From NCBI GenBank assembly GCA_051873875.1, contig JBJEFI010000060.1:2471-66470 (forward strand): 64,000 bases of DNA, in the 5' to 3' direction. Position numbers and translations under genes: made by a program. The number at the start of each line of letters is the position of its first letter. The first letter of the stretch is position 1. The notes below the pieces were generated by a model, which saw nothing but the letters and a program-made list of their open reading frames with translations, ran no database searches and was not told the origin of the DNA. The stretch is from Bacillaceae bacterium. GTDB taxonomy: Bacteria > Bacillota > Bacilli > Bacillales > Bacillaceae_G. This document shows, piece after piece, positions 53,837-63,674 of this stretch.

Positions 53837-54334
53837 TTATGCTCGAACTCTAAATAACGGTTGTCCATATTCTACTAATTGACCGTTTTCCGCTAGTACT
53901 TCTACTACTTCTCCAGTTAATTCTGCTTCAATCTCATTAAATAATTTCATCGCTTCGACAATACAAACAACTGTATCATCACTTACTTTATCTCCCACTT
54001 TTACATAGGCAGGTTGGTCTGGTGATGGAGATATATAAAAAGTACCTACCATTGGCGATTTAATTTCTTTTAAATTTGCATCTTGTACTTTTTCAGAAAC
54101 TACAGGAGCTACAGGTTGTGCCTGTTGCACGACTGGAGTAGCTTGTTGTACTGGTTCCTGTACTGTAACAGCAGTTTGAACTGGCGCTGCAACTGCTTGA
54201 ACTGGAGTTTCTACAACAACTTTTCCTACTTCTTTACGTAATTTTAAGCTTGTCCCATTTTCTTCAAATTCTAACTCACTAAGCGTTGATTGATCAACTA
54301 AACGTATTAACTCTCGAATTTCTTGAATTTTCAT
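53837..54334 (-). CDS. accB: Acetyl-CoA carboxylase biotin carboxyl carrier protein
   Basis: Has the biotinylation motif [10 protein letters not shown] and an Ala/Pro/Val/Gln linker. The start is moved to ATG 54334, which has an AAGGTGGG RBS. Confidence 0.93.
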   Translation of the reverse strand: MKIQEIRELIRLVDQSTLSELEFEENGTSLKLRKEVGKVVVETPVQAVAAPVQTAVTVQEPVQQATPVVQQAQPVAPVVSEKVQDANLKEIKSPMVGTFYISPSPDQPAYVKVGDKVSDDTVVCIVEAMKLFNEIEAELTGEVVEVLAENGQLVEYGQPLFRVRA

Positions 54335-54437
54335 GTTTAACCCACCTTTTCTTGTTATCACCTTTTATATTAAGGTAATTTTAAGAACTTTTCCACTTTT
54401 CAGTAACTACATAATAGTGGTCAGACCACTACAACAA

Positions 54438-54461
54438 AGAAAAAACTGGCTAATAAGCCAG
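54438..54461 (-). terminator. Terminator after spoIIIAH
   Basis: CTGGCT-AATA-AGCCAG hairpin with a U-run on the minus strand. Confidence 0.6.
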
Positions 54462-54495
54462 ATTCTATTTTCTTTCTGCTATTATACTATACTAG

Positions 54496-55020
54496 TTATT
54501 TTTTGGGAACTTGAAATTGAACAGCCACTTCTTTTTGTCCTAATTCTTTTCTAACTACTTTAATAATCTCGTTTGCTTTTTTCTTAGAATCCTGTTGTGT
54601 AACAACGTATACTTGTACTTCATTTTCCTCCGCTTTTACTAACACATCGTTATATCCTTGTGTTTTAATTACCCCTTCTATGGTTGCTTCCTTTTCACCA
54701 AGTTCTATCAACTGCTCTGATTTCTCAATTAATTCGTTCTTTTTGTCTGCTGTAATATCTTTTGCAGCTGCCATTGCCATTAACTCTTCTTTTAATGCAT
54801 CACGTTGCTCGTTAATTTTCAATCGTAATTGGGTTAACTCCGCACTCGTCCCCTCTTTTACCGTCATTTTACCTGTTCCACTTGTTTCTTTTGATTCTTT
54901 ACCTTGTTGTTCTTCAACTAAATTAGTTGTTCCCATATCTGGATTTGTCACATAATAAACTGATAAAACAATAACTAATGTTAACATTGTTAACAACCAC
55001 ATTGTTTGTTTTCTTAACAT
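54496..55020 (-). CDS. spoIIIAH: Stage III sporulation protein AH
   Basis: 174 aa with an N-terminal TM segment and a C-terminal YscJ/FliF-like region. It is the last gene of the colinear spoIIIA operon. Confidence 0.85.
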   Translation of the reverse strand: MLRKQTMWLLTMLTLVIVLSVYYVTNPDMGTTNLVEEQQGKESKETSGTGKMTVKEGTSAELTQLRLKINEQRDALKEELMAMAAAKDITADKKNELIEKSEQLIELGEKEATIEGVIKTQGYNDVLVKAEENEVQVYVVTQQDSKKKANEIIKVVRKELGQKEVAVQFQVPKK

Positions 55021-55032
55021 TTTTCTTTCCCC

Positions 55033-55680
55033 CTATCTCTTCATTGGCAATACTGACACACGATTACTACCTACCCCTAAAACTCTCGTCACCGCTTCAA
55101 TAACCATCTGTTTTACTTCAATATTTTCTACCCCATCGGCAACAACAAGTACTCCTTTTACATCAGCCTTTTCTGTTTTAATTACAAGTGGTTTTTCCTT
55201 TCCATCCTCTTTTAAAATAACCGCAGTCTGGTCTTTTTTTGTACTTTCTATCTTTCGTTTGCCACCTGTTTTATCCGTTTCTTCTGTAATTTGTGTGTGC
55301 TCATTTGTATTTTTTTCTAATATTTGAGTATCACTTGCTTCTAAGTTCACCATTACACTCACATTTTTTACTCCTGAAATTGTTTCAAGCATCTTTTTTA
55401 ATTGTTGTTCATACCTTCCTTCTTCTTTTGCAATTTCAGGGGAAGTATTTCGATTTTGTTTAAATGTTTCAACCGTTTCTTCTGTATTTTGATTTGTAAT
55501 TTTCGGTGTTGTTTGTACTGGGGTTAACGTTTTAGAGTTTCCAAGTTGCACTATTCCCATAATTGCAATCCCTACTAAGAGTACGACTCCCATCGTTTTT
55601 GTATTTAATTTGCTTTCGCCCGTTTTCTCATCCTTTTTAAATAGCCGAAAATAGTCTACTAAACTTTTCTTTTCTTTCAT
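55033..55680 (-). CDS. spoIIIAG: Stage III sporulation protein AG
   Basis: 215 aa with a TM anchor and a conserved C-terminus (VLVVADGVENIEVKQMVIEAVTRVLGV). Confidence 0.88.
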   Translation of the reverse strand: MKEKKSLVDYFRLFKKDEKTGESKLNTKTMGVVLLVGIAIMGIVQLGNSKTLTPVQTTPKITNQNTEETVETFKQNRNTSPEIAKEEGRYEQQLKKMLETISGVKNVSVMVNLEASDTQILEKNTNEHTQITEETDKTGGKRKIESTKKDQTAVILKEDGKEKPLVIKTEKADVKGVLVVADGVENIEVKQMVIEAVTRVLGVGSNRVSVLPMKR

Positions 55681-56309
55681 TACTCATTCGTCCCCCCTTC
55701 TACACCTAGTGCAATATTTTCTTGTGCAATCCCCCATTTTTCTGACAAAAGTGCAAGTATTTCCTCTTTTGCTAGAATGGTTGTTTCTTTTTCAATAAGA
55801 GAAGCAGTTGCATCAATTACCACTTCCTTTACTGATCCAATCGTTTCTGAAGATGTAGGTTGTCCTTCCTTTAGCTTAACGTTGACCACTTGTATGTCGT
55901 CATTAGACTGAATTGCTTCTATATTTTCTTTTGGAACTACTTCTACAGAAACAACCTCTTGATTAAACTGCTTGAATACATCCTTTTGCACTTGTTCCTT
56001 TAATTGGACAGCCATCTGTTTTAAAATATATGCACGTTGTGTGTCTTCTATTTCACTTTTTGTTAAATTTAATTGATTTTCTACTTCTCCATTTGCAATA
56101 TACGTTTCTGGTTTAAAAGATGAAATAACTTGAGCAATGTCCGCCCTAAACAATTGAAATAACGGATTTAAAATAATTGTAATTAGCAATAAGCCAACAA
56201 CCATTTTTACATATTTACCCATATTAGAATTGGGTAAAATCATACTTAACACGGTTGCAAATAAAATAAAAACAACAATATTACTAACCCACTCTACAAT
56301 AAAACCCAT
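55680..56309 (-). CDS. spoIIIAF: Stage III sporulation protein AF
   Basis: 209 aa with two N-terminal TM helices; assigned by operon position. Confidence 0.85.
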   Translation of the reverse strand: MGFIVEWVSNIVVFILFATVLSMILPNSNMGKYVKMVVGLLLITIILNPLFQLFRADIAQVISSFKPETYIANGEVENQLNLTKSEIEDTQRAYILKQMAVQLKEQVQKDVFKQFNQEVVSVEVVPKENIEAIQSNDDIQVVNVKLKEGQPTSSETIGSVKEVVIDATASLIEKETTILAKEEILALLSEKWGIAQENIALGVEGGTNE

Positions 56310-56313
56310 TTTT

Positions 56314-57501
56314 TCACCTCATCATCATTGTGATATTGCCAGCCGTAATAATAACGGTAATGCAAAGGAAAAACATAAGCGAAACGATTGCCAAAGAGGT
56401 GAAAACATACAGTATACTTTTACCAATTACATCTAAACATTTCACAATTGAACCACCTGCAATTGGCTGTAAAACTGCACTTGTAAATTTATAAATTAAT
56501 GCAATTGCAAAGATTTTTAAAGCTGGAAATGCAGCAATAAGTAATAAAATAACGACACCAGAAATTCCCACCATATTTTTCAAAATAGCGGAAGCACTAA
56601 TGACCGTATCTGTCGCTTCTGTAAATGCCCTTCCGACAACTGGAATGAAATTACTTGTCACAAATTTAGCTGTTTTAACAGCTAGTCCATCTGAAATAGC
56701 TGTTGCTGTCCCTTGAACAGAAATGACACCTAGAAAAATCGTTAAAAAAACACTTATGAGCCAGATTCCCGCTTTGTTTAACAAATTTGCGAGACTAGTT
56801 ACTTTATATTCTGAGTTAATTTGACTAACGATATTTAAAATAGCTGCCAGTAAGAAAAGTGGGAGCACAAAATATTTCATTAATAATCCGCTCGTATTCA
56901 TTAAAAATAGAATAAGCGGATGAAAAAAAGCTGCCGACAGAACAGAACCAGTTGTGGCAATTAACCCTAGTAATAATGGTAATAGTGCTAACACAAAGCC
57001 AATCATCATTTCAATCGTTTCTAACGTATACGTGGTAACTAGATGAAAACTATTAAGAGTAAAAACGATTAATACGAGAAAAATCACAATCTCTGCTATC
57101 TTGCTCACTGTACTTTTTTCAAATGCAGACTGTAAGGCATTTAAAACAGCACTAAATATAGTCAATACAATGAGTGTTCCCATTAACTTTCCATTTGCTA
57201 ATACTTCATAAAACAAAAACTTTAATAAACTAATAAACCATTCTTTTAAAGAAAAGGTCCCCTCCCCTTTCACAAAATCACTAAATGTTCCTCGTTGACT
57301 TTCTGGCAAGTAGCCACCATATTGATCCATTAGCTGTTCCCAATAGCCTTGGACGTTTTCTAACCCCAAGGCATCCATACTTTCTTCTACTACTTTATCT
57401 TGAATATTTTCTATATTGGTGGAAGTCGTAGCTTGTACATCATTTGGTATCAAAAATAAAACAAGGAAAAGGAGAAAGAATATTCCTTTTGCTTTTTTCA
57501 T
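56314..57501 (-). CDS. spoIIIAE: Stage III sporulation protein AE
   Basis: 395 aa with a signal peptide and a polytopic membrane domain; assigned by operon position. Confidence 0.9.
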   Translation of the reverse strand: MKKAKGIFFLLFLVLFLIPNDVQATTSTNIENIQDKVVEESMDALGLENVQGYWEQLMDQYGGYLPESQRGTFSDFVKGEGTFSLKEWFISLLKFLFYEVLANGKLMGTLIVLTIFSAVLNALQSAFEKSTVSKIAEIVIFLVLIVFTLNSFHLVTTYTLETIEMMIGFVLALLPLLLGLIATTGSVLSAAFFHPLILFLMNTSGLLMKYFVLPLFLLAAILNIVSQINSEYKVTSLANLLNKAGIWLISVFLTIFLGVISVQGTATAISDGLAVKTAKFVTSNFIPVVGRAFTEATDTVISASAILKNMVGISGVVILLLIAAFPALKIFAIALIYKFTSAVLQPIAGGSIVKCLDVIGKSILYVFTSLAIVSLMFFLCITVIITAGNITMMMR

Positions 57502-57523
57502 ACAATCCTCTCCTTATCACTTC

Positions 57524-57916
57524 TTATACTTTCGGTAAAAAACCTAATATGGTTTCAATGACAACCGTTAAAATCGGAATAGCCAACGCCAAAATTAATA
57601 TTTTTCCAGCCAACTCTATTTTAGAAGCAATTGTTCCTTGTCCAGCGTCCTTTGTAATTTGAGAACCAAATTCGGCAATATAGGCAATGCCGATAATTTT
57701 CAAAAGAGTTTCTACATACACCATATTAATATTTGTTGATTGCGCTATTCGAGTAATCATTCCTAGTACGTTGCTTATTTGATTCATTAAGTAAAGAAAC
57801 ATAACCGTTCCAACAAATACAACAAATAGGGTTGTCAAATTCGATTTATATTCTTTTAATAAAGACGCCAAAAAAGTTGCAATTAAACCAATACCAACAA
57901 TTTTTAAAATTTCAAT
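57524..57916 (-). CDS. spoIIIAD: Stage III sporulation protein AD (5' end extended to a probable ATT start)
   Basis: The track ORF begins at TTG 57871 and would remove the conserved first helix (..IVGIGLIATFL..). The frame is open back to the spoIIIAC stop. GGAGG at 57929-57925 lies 8 nt before ATT 57916, giving (M)EILKIVGIGLIATFLASLLK. Confidence 0.75.
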   Translation of the reverse strand: MEILKIVGIGLIATFLASLLKEYKSNLTTLFVVFVGTVMFLYLMNQISNVLGMITRIAQSTNINMVYVETLLKIIGIAYIAEFGSQITKDAGQGTIASKIELAGKILILALAIPILTVVIETILGFLPKV

Positions 57917-57934
57917 GACAATCCCCTCCTCACC

Positions 57935-58138
57935 CTATTGAAACAAAAAGACACTTTTTACTTTATCAAAGAGATCGTCAACAACGGTTGTGACACGAAA
58001 CAATACAATGACGAAGGCAATAAGAACAACATACATGTTATAATCCTTTTGCCCAAATTTGTCTAAAATGGTTGTGATAAATGCAACTACTATTCCGATA
58101 CCAGCAATTTGAAAAATGAGTGATACATCTAACTCCAT
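57935..58138 (-). CDS. spoIIIAC: Stage III sporulation protein AC
   Basis: 67 aa with two TM helices; assigned by operon position. Confidence 0.88.
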   Translation of the reverse strand: MELDVSLIFQIAGIGIVVAFITTILDKFGQKDYNMYVVLIAFVIVLFRVTTVVDDLFDKVKSVFLFQ

Positions 58139-58156
58139 CTCCCCTAACTCCTCTCC

Positions 58157-58672
58157 TTAATAAAGAATAATGACAAGTAATAATCCTACTAATACTCCCA
58201 TCATTTTAGCCATTTTTTCATATTGCTGTTGCCTTTCAACCGCCTCTGTCTCCATTCGATTTAAATGATTCATTGTCAGCAAAATATGTTTTTGTTGGGA
58301 AATACGATCATGTAGACCGAGCGTTTCTCCAAATTGAAGTAGAATTTGGCAATCTTCTTCTGTTAATGCACTTTTATTTTTAATTGCTTGTACCGATTCT
58401 TTCCACGCATCATTTACATTTAATAAACCCATCCGCAAATTAGTAGCAAATTTTTGAAATAATTGGGCTAGAGGTTCTTTAAACTGCAAACTAATCTTTT
58501 CACAGGCGTCACTTAATGGGAGTTGGCTAAAAACAATTTCAGCTTCAAGGGATTGCAATCCATTTTTTAACATCCTAAGTTGTTTTGGCCGATCGGATAC
58601 TTTTTTAGAAAAATAAAAACCATACCAAGTAGTAGATAGTAAAATTGCTAACATGCCAATTAGTTTTAACAT
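58157..58672 (-). CDS. spoIIIAB: Stage III sporulation protein AB
   Basis: 171 aa with terminal TM helices and a GspF-like cytoplasmic domain. It overlaps spoIIIAA by 7 nt. Confidence 0.88.
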   Translation of the reverse strand: MLKLIGMLAILLSTTWYGFYFSKKVSDRPKQLRMLKNGLQSLEAEIVFSQLPLSDACEKISLQFKEPLAQLFQKFATNLRMGLLNVNDAWKESVQAIKNKSALTEEDCQILLQFGETLGLHDRISQQKHILLTMNHLNRMETEAVERQQQYEKMAKMMGVLVGLLLVIILY

Positions 58673-59589
58673 CGCAATGTCGGTTCCTTTCCATACAATA
58701 CTTGTTGGTTGTGATTATAAATAACCGTTACCATTCCTGGCCCATCTCGCCGAGACAAGATAATAATTCGTTTAAACGCCTCTTGTTGAAATAATTCATA
58801 AAGAGCTGGACGCTTTTTAATATCCTCTAGTTCATGACCATGAGCAGTAGCAATAACCGTTACACCTGAATGAATTGCCTCCATAATTGCTACTGTATCT
58901 TCGCTACGACCTATTTCATCGACAATTAATACTTCAGGACTCATAGAACGAATCATCATCATCATTCCTTCTGCTTTGGGACAAGCATCTAGCACGTCTA
59001 CTCGTTGTCCTAAATGAAAGGTAGGAATTCCTTTTACACTTCCTGTAATTTCTGAACGTTCATCCACAATCCCTACTTTCGCAGAAGGATATTTCCTATC
59101 TATTCCTTCACTTACCATCCTTGCAATATCTCGAATTAATGTTGTTTTTCCTGTTTGTGGTGCGCCGATAATTAACGTATTTTGCCATCCAGCCTGAAAT
59201 AAATAAGGGAGATATTGATTGGCTATCCCAACTCGTTCTGTCGCAATTCGAATATTATAAGAGGTAATATCGCGAATCATCTTTACGCTTCCTTTATCTG
59301 TTACTACTTTTCCCGCTAATCCAATTCGATGACCACCTACAATCGTAACAAATCCCCGCTTCAATTCTTCTTCTAATGTATACAAAGAATATTGGCTTAA
59401 TTGATTTAATAAAAATGCACCATCTCGCTCTGTTACTGTATAAGAAAGTAACATTGCTTTGCTATTACCAATGCATTCTAAAGATCTTCCAATTCGAACT
59501 CTTATCTCTTCTAGTGGCTCTACAATATCGTTTAGATATGTATGCATCGTTGTTGGTAAAATACGCTGCACTTCAATTGGAATATTCAT
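58666..59589 (-). CDS. spoIIIAA: Stage III sporulation protein AA (secretion-type ATPase)
   Basis: 307 aa with Walker A GAPQTGKTT and Walker B LIVDEIG. Confidence 0.92.
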   Translation of the reverse strand: MNIPIEVQRILPTTMHTYLNDIVEPLEEIRVRIGRSLECIGNSKAMLLSYTVTERDGAFLLNQLSQYSLYTLEEELKRGFVTIVGGHRIGLAGKVVTDKGSVKMIRDITSYNIRIATERVGIANQYLPYLFQAGWQNTLIIGAPQTGKTTLIRDIARMVSEGIDRKYPSAKVGIVDERSEITGSVKGIPTFHLGQRVDVLDACPKAEGMMMMIRSMSPEVLIVDEIGRSEDTVAIMEAIHSGVTVIATAHGHELEDIKKRPALYELFQQEAFKRIIILSRRDGPGMVTVIYNHNQQVLYGKEPTLRC

Positions 59590-59590
59590 T

Positions 59591-59872
59591 TTATCGAAAT
59601 ACTCCTACTAAAATACATGTCACACCAATCGCAACTAATACGAATTTAGCTGGAGATAATCCATGGGCTACACTAACTAAACCAATTGCCATTGTTGAAA
59701 CTAAAATAAACGGCCCTATCATTGCTAGCATGGCATTTAAGGCAATCGACTTTCGTATATCGTTAAAAGAAAGCATAGCGATTGCTGTTAATAGCTCTAC
59801 ACTCCCACCAATTAATCGCAATACAGCCATTGCTAATACTCCTGTTGAAAAAGTATCTAACCAATTTTTCAT
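59591..59872 (-). CDS. Small membrane protein, YqhV-like (DUF2619-type)
   Basis: 93 aa with three TM helices. It sits directly upstream of spoIIIAA, as yqhV does in B. subtilis. Confidence 0.7.
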   Translation of the reverse strand: MKNWLDTFSTGVLAMAVLRLIGGSVELLTAIAMLSFNDIRKSIALNAMLAMIGPFILVSTMAIGLVSVAHGLSPAKFVLVAIGVTCILVGVFR

Positions 59873-59992
59873 TTTTTCACCTTCTTGTCCACAAAAAAAA
59901 TCATTTGTACAACCTTATGCCAAATCCACTTTTTTAAGAACAACAAAATAAGAATTGAAGCTATATGCCTTAACTTGATTGGGAAAAAATAA

Positions 59993-60030
59993 AAAAATCA
60001 CTATCCAATTAGTTGGATAGTGATTTTTTC
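59993..60030 (-). terminator. Terminator after efp
   Basis: 17-bp arms AAAAAATCACTATCCAA / TTGGATAGTGATTTTTT. Confidence 0.85.
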
Positions 60031-60037
60031 TTTATTA

Positions 60038-60595
60038 TTATGCGCGAGATACGTATTTACCTTCGCTTGTGTTAATTAATAATGTTTCACCTTCGTTAAT
60101 GAAAATTGGAACTTGAACAACTAAGCCAGTTTCCATTTTAGCTGGTTTTGTTACGTTAGAAGCTGTGTCCCCTTTAATACCTGGTTCTGTTTCTTCTACT
60201 TTTAACTCAACAGTGTTTGGTAATTCTACCCCTAAAATTTCACCTTCAAAGCTCATGATTGAAACTTCCATATTTTCTTTTAAGAACTTTAATTCATAAG
60301 CGATTTGTGCTTCTGGGATTTCCACTTGCTCATAAGATTGGTTATCCATGAATACGTGTTGGTCACCCATTGCATATAAGTATTGCATTTTGCGGTTTGA
60401 GATTTGTGCTTTCGCTACTTTTTCACCAGCACGGAATGTTTTCTCTTGTACTGCACCAGTACGTAAGTTACGTAATTTTGAACGAACGAACGCTGCACCT
60501 TTCCCTGGCTTTACGTGTTGGAAATCAAGCACTTGCCAAATTGCGTTGTCTACTTCAATTGTAAGACCCGTACGAAAATCGTTTACTGATACCAT
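60038..60595 (-). CDS. efp: Elongation factor P
   Basis: The start is moved to ATG 60595 ([15 protein letters not shown]), which has a GGAGGA RBS. It has the [15 protein letters not shown] loop and is 185 aa. Confidence 0.96.
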   Translation of the reverse strand: MVSVNDFRTGLTIEVDNAIWQVLDFQHVKPGKGAAFVRSKLRNLRTGAVQEKTFRAGEKVAKAQISNRKMQYLYAMGDQHVFMDNQSYEQVEIPEAQIAYELKFLKENMEVSIMSFEGEILGVELPNTVELKVEETEPGIKGDTASNVTKPAKMETGLVVQVPIFINEGETLLINTSEGKYVSRA

Positions 60596-60613
60596 TCTTT
60601 TTTCCTCCAAAAA

Positions 60614-61672
60614 CTATAATATAATTAACTCTTTTGTAGAGTGTATTAAACTTTCATTGCCATGCTCTTTTACAATTGTGTCATCTTCAATTCGGACGCC
60701 ACCAACACCTGGTAAATAAATACCTGGCTCACATGTCACAACCATATTTGGTTGTAACACCATATCCGATTTAAACGATAACATTGGTCCTTCATGTACT
60801 TCCATACCTATACCATGCCCCGTTGAATGCCCATAATATTCGCCATAACCCATTTCTGTTATGTAATCGCGAGTTAATGCATCGGCTTCTATACCAGTAA
60901 TACCCGCCTTAATTCCATTCATACCACGAAGCTGCGCTTCTAATACAATGTTATAAATCTCTTCAAGTTTTTTACTTGGTTTTCCAACAGCAATTGTTCT
61001 CGTCATATCAGAAATATAGCCATTATAGTATGCCCCATAATCCATTGTAACAAAATCGCCTACTTGAATCTCTTTGTCTGTGGCAACACCATGAGGCAAG
61101 GCAGAACGAGTACCTGACGCAACAATTATATCAAAAGAAGAAGATGTTGCACCTTGTTTTCTCATAAAGAATTCAAGTTCATTTGACACTTGTAATTCTG
61201 TAACACCTGGCTTAATAAAAGTTAAAATATGGTCGAATGCTGCATCTGCAATTTGAGCCGCATCCTTTAATATCTTAATCTCTGCTGGGCTCTTAATCAA
61301 GCGTAAGTTTTCAATAAGTGAAGATACTGGCACAAATTCACATGATAAAGCACTTACATACGTCATATGCGTTGCAAAAGTAAGGTGATCTTGCTCAAAT
61401 CCTAAACGTTTAATTCCCATTGCCTTCGCTTGCTTCGCAACTTCCTCTGCAATAGGACCTACATGCTTTACGATTTCATAACCAATACATTGAGTAGCCG
61501 CTTGTTCTGTATAGCGGAAATCCGTAATAAATTTTGCTTCATGTTCAGAAATTAATACAACACCAGAAGTTCCTGTAAATCCTGTCATATACGAACGATT
61601 ATACGTGCTTGTAATTAACATGCCATCAATGTCTGCTTGTTTAAAAAGATTACGTAATTTCTCTACTTTCAT
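60614..61672 (-). CDS. Xaa-Pro aminopeptidase (M24B, YqhT-like)
   Basis: 352 aa with the metal ligand motifs HSTGHGIGMEVHE and EPGIY. Confidence 0.9.
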   Translation of the reverse strand: MKVEKLRNLFKQADIDGMLITSTYNRSYMTGFTGTSGVVLISEHEAKFITDFRYTEQAATQCIGYEIVKHVGPIAEEVAKQAKAMGIKRLGFEQDHLTFATHMTYVSALSCEFVPVSSLIENLRLIKSPAEIKILKDAAQIADAAFDHILTFIKPGVTELQVSNELEFFMRKQGATSSSFDIIVASGTRSALPHGVATDKEIQVGDFVTMDYGAYYNGYISDMTRTIAVGKPSKKLEEIYNIVLEAQLRGMNGIKAGITGIEADALTRDYITEMGYGEYYGHSTGHGIGMEVHEGPMLSFKSDMVLQPNMVVTCEPGIYLPGVGGVRIEDDTIVKEHGNESLIHSTKELIIL

Positions 61673-62115
61673 TTCTGATCCTCTCCTAACTTATTTAATA
61701 ACGCTAAAACTGCTAATTCATACCCACAAAAGCCAAGACCTATAATTTGTCCAATTGTCACAGGTGCTGTTACGGATACATGTCGAAATTCTTCCCGGGC
61801 ATGTATGTTCGAAAGATGTACCTCAATAACAGGTGGAGTAATACTTGCAATTGCATCACGAATTGCATAACTATAATGAGTATATGCACCTGGATTTAAA
61901 ATAACTCCGTCATAATTTTCATTTGCATCATGTAATAGACCAATGATTTCACCTTCATAATTACTTTGATGACAAGTTAGTTGCACTCGATTTTCAAAAG
62001 CAAATTTGGTTAATCTTTCTTCTAAATCTGCTAATGTGCCTTGACCATAAACGCCTACTTCACGTTTACCTAACATATTTAAATTAGGCCCATTTAACAC
62101 TAAAATTTTATTCAC
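61669..62115 (-). CDS. aroQ: Type II 3-dehydroquinate dehydratase
   Basis: The start is moved to GTG 62115 (VNKILVLNGPNLNMLGKRE), behind a GAGGGGTGG RBS. It has the SNIHAREEFR motif. Confidence 0.92.
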   Translation of the reverse strand: MNKILVLNGPNLNMLGKREVGVYGQGTLADLEERLTKFAFENRVQLTCHQSNYEGEIIGLLHDANENYDGVILNPGAYTHYSYAIRDAIASITPPVIEVHLSNIHAREEFRHVSVTAPVTIGQIIGLGFCGYELAVLALLNKLGEDQK

Positions 62116-62263
62116 GACTATCCACCCCTCGTCATACATATAGATAAGTACAAACTATATTCTAACATATTTTTCAACCTTTTGTATTCCCTACTTGATA
62201 TTGACAATTCATTCACATTAAAATAGAAGTAGGAAGAAAATTAGATTATAGGTTGGTGTCAGT

Positions 62264-63199
62264 ATGTCAAATCAAGCTTCAAAAATTTATGGAGGCCAAG
62301 CCGTTGTTGAAGGAGTCATGTTTGGTGGTGCTACTCATACAGTAACTGCTGTACGTAGTCAAGAGGATGATTCTTTAAAATATTATGAGCTTAAGCGGGA
62401 AACAGCACCTCTATTAAATACACTTAAAAAAATACCATTTATCCGTGGAATTGCGGCAATTCTTCAATCAACTGCCGTTGGTTCAAAACATCTTCAATTT
62501 TCTACAAACGTATTTGAAGGAAAAGAGGAGGAAGAAGTAGAAGTAAAAAAAGAATCAAACTTAGCCTCTATTCTTGGAATAGCTTTGATTGGTGTTCTTT
62601 CCTTTGTATTCGGAAAATTACTTTTTACTGTCGTTCCTGCTATTTTGGCAAACTTCACAATACCTATTTTTCAATCTGACTTTTCACAAATTTTGATTGA
62701 AAGTCTCATTAAGTTAACCATTTTATTGGTATATTTATACGTCATTTCTTTAACACCAATGATTAAACGTCTTTTTCAATATCATGGGGCAGAACACAAA
62801 GTAATTAATTGCTTTGAGAATGGATTGCCACTTACTGTCGAGAATGTTCAAAAACAATCTCGTTTACATTATCGTTGTGGCAGTAGTTTTATTCTTTTTA
62901 CAGTTATTGTTGGTTTTTTCATTTACATGCTCATCCCTGTTGGACCTTTAATGATGCGTGTAATTAGCAGAATTCTTCTTATACCAGTTGTATTAGGTGT
63001 TTCATTCGAAGTATTGCAATTAACAAACTATGTTCGTAATATCCCTATACTTCGTTACCTTGGATACCCAGGACTTTGGTTACAATTACTTACAACAAAA
63101 GAACCATTAGATGAACAAGTAGAAGTAGCAATCGCTTCATTTGAACATTTAAGAAAATTAGAAGCTACAACACAAGAACAAGCACCAATGGTTTATTAA
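62264..63199 (+). CDS. DUF1385 membrane protein (YqhQ-like)
   Basis: 311 aa with an N-terminus YGGQAVVEGVMFGG and a YHGAEHK motif. Confidence 0.8.
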   Translation: MSNQASKIYGGQAVVEGVMFGGATHTVTAVRSQEDDSLKYYELKRETAPLLNTLKKIPFIRGIAAILQSTAVGSKHLQFSTNVFEGKEEEEVEVKKESNLASILGIALIGVLSFVFGKLLFTVVPAILANFTIPIFQSDFSQILIESLIKLTILLVYLYVISLTPMIKRLFQYHGAEHKVINCFENGLPLTVENVQKQSRLHYRCGSSFILFTVIVGFFIYMLIPVGPLMMRVISRILLIPVVLGVSFEVLQLTNYVRNIPILRYLGYPGLWLQLLTTKEPLDEQVEVAIASFEHLRKLEATTQEQAPMVY

Positions 63200-63249
63200 A
63201 CCGATAAACAATCATAAGTAAGACGTTAATTTAAAGAGGGGGGACAGAT

Positions 63250-63639
63250 ATGAAACGTAATTATTTTTCATACCTTGTCTATGGGATTATTGCACTAGCT
63301 ATTTTTGGATTTGTTTTTACACTAATAAATAAACCGGGCCAAATTGTAAGCACAGCGTTCACAATCGGATTTACTGTTTTAATTGTTTATATTTTAATAC
63401 GCCTATTTTCAAATCTAGGCACGAATTCAACAACTAACAGCAGCTATCGAAAAGCTGTCAAACAATCGAAGAAAAAGTATGCCCAGAAAAATAACTTCAC
63501 TTCTTCAATTACAACTAAAAAACAAATGACAAAATCAAAATCAGAACCAATTCGTAAAAAAACAAAATCAAAATCAACAGCACACTTAACTGTCATTGAA
63601 GGGGAAAAGGGAAAAAAGAAAAAAAGAATGACGTTATAA
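63250..63639 (+). CDS. Small membrane protein with a Lys/Ser/Thr-rich tail (YqhP-like)
   Basis: 129 aa with two TM helices and a GAGGGGGG RBS. Confidence 0.65.
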   Translation: MKRNYFSYLVYGIIALAIFGFVFTLINKPGQIVSTAFTIGFTVLIVYILIRLFSNLGTNSTTNSSYRKAVKQSKKKYAQKNNFTSSITTKKQMTKSKSEPIRKKTKSKSTAHLTVIEGEKGKKKKRMTL

Positions 63640-63642
63640 AAT

Positions 63643-63674
63643 AAAAAAATCCACTAAATATGTGGATTTTTTTA
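63643..63674. terminator. Bidirectional terminator (yqhP-like / mntR)
   Basis: AAAAAAATCCAC ... GTGGATTTTTTT. It overlaps the mntR stop codon. Confidence 0.8.

Noticed and set aside
59376-59951. 191-aa ORF antisense to spoIIIAA and the yqhV-like gene
   Set aside because: It is a shadow ORF spanning two well-supported minus-strand genes, with no RBS or family resemblance. The same reasoning applies to the other antisense track ORFs, for example 23409..23780, 60348..60719, 24818..25147 and 48045..48374.
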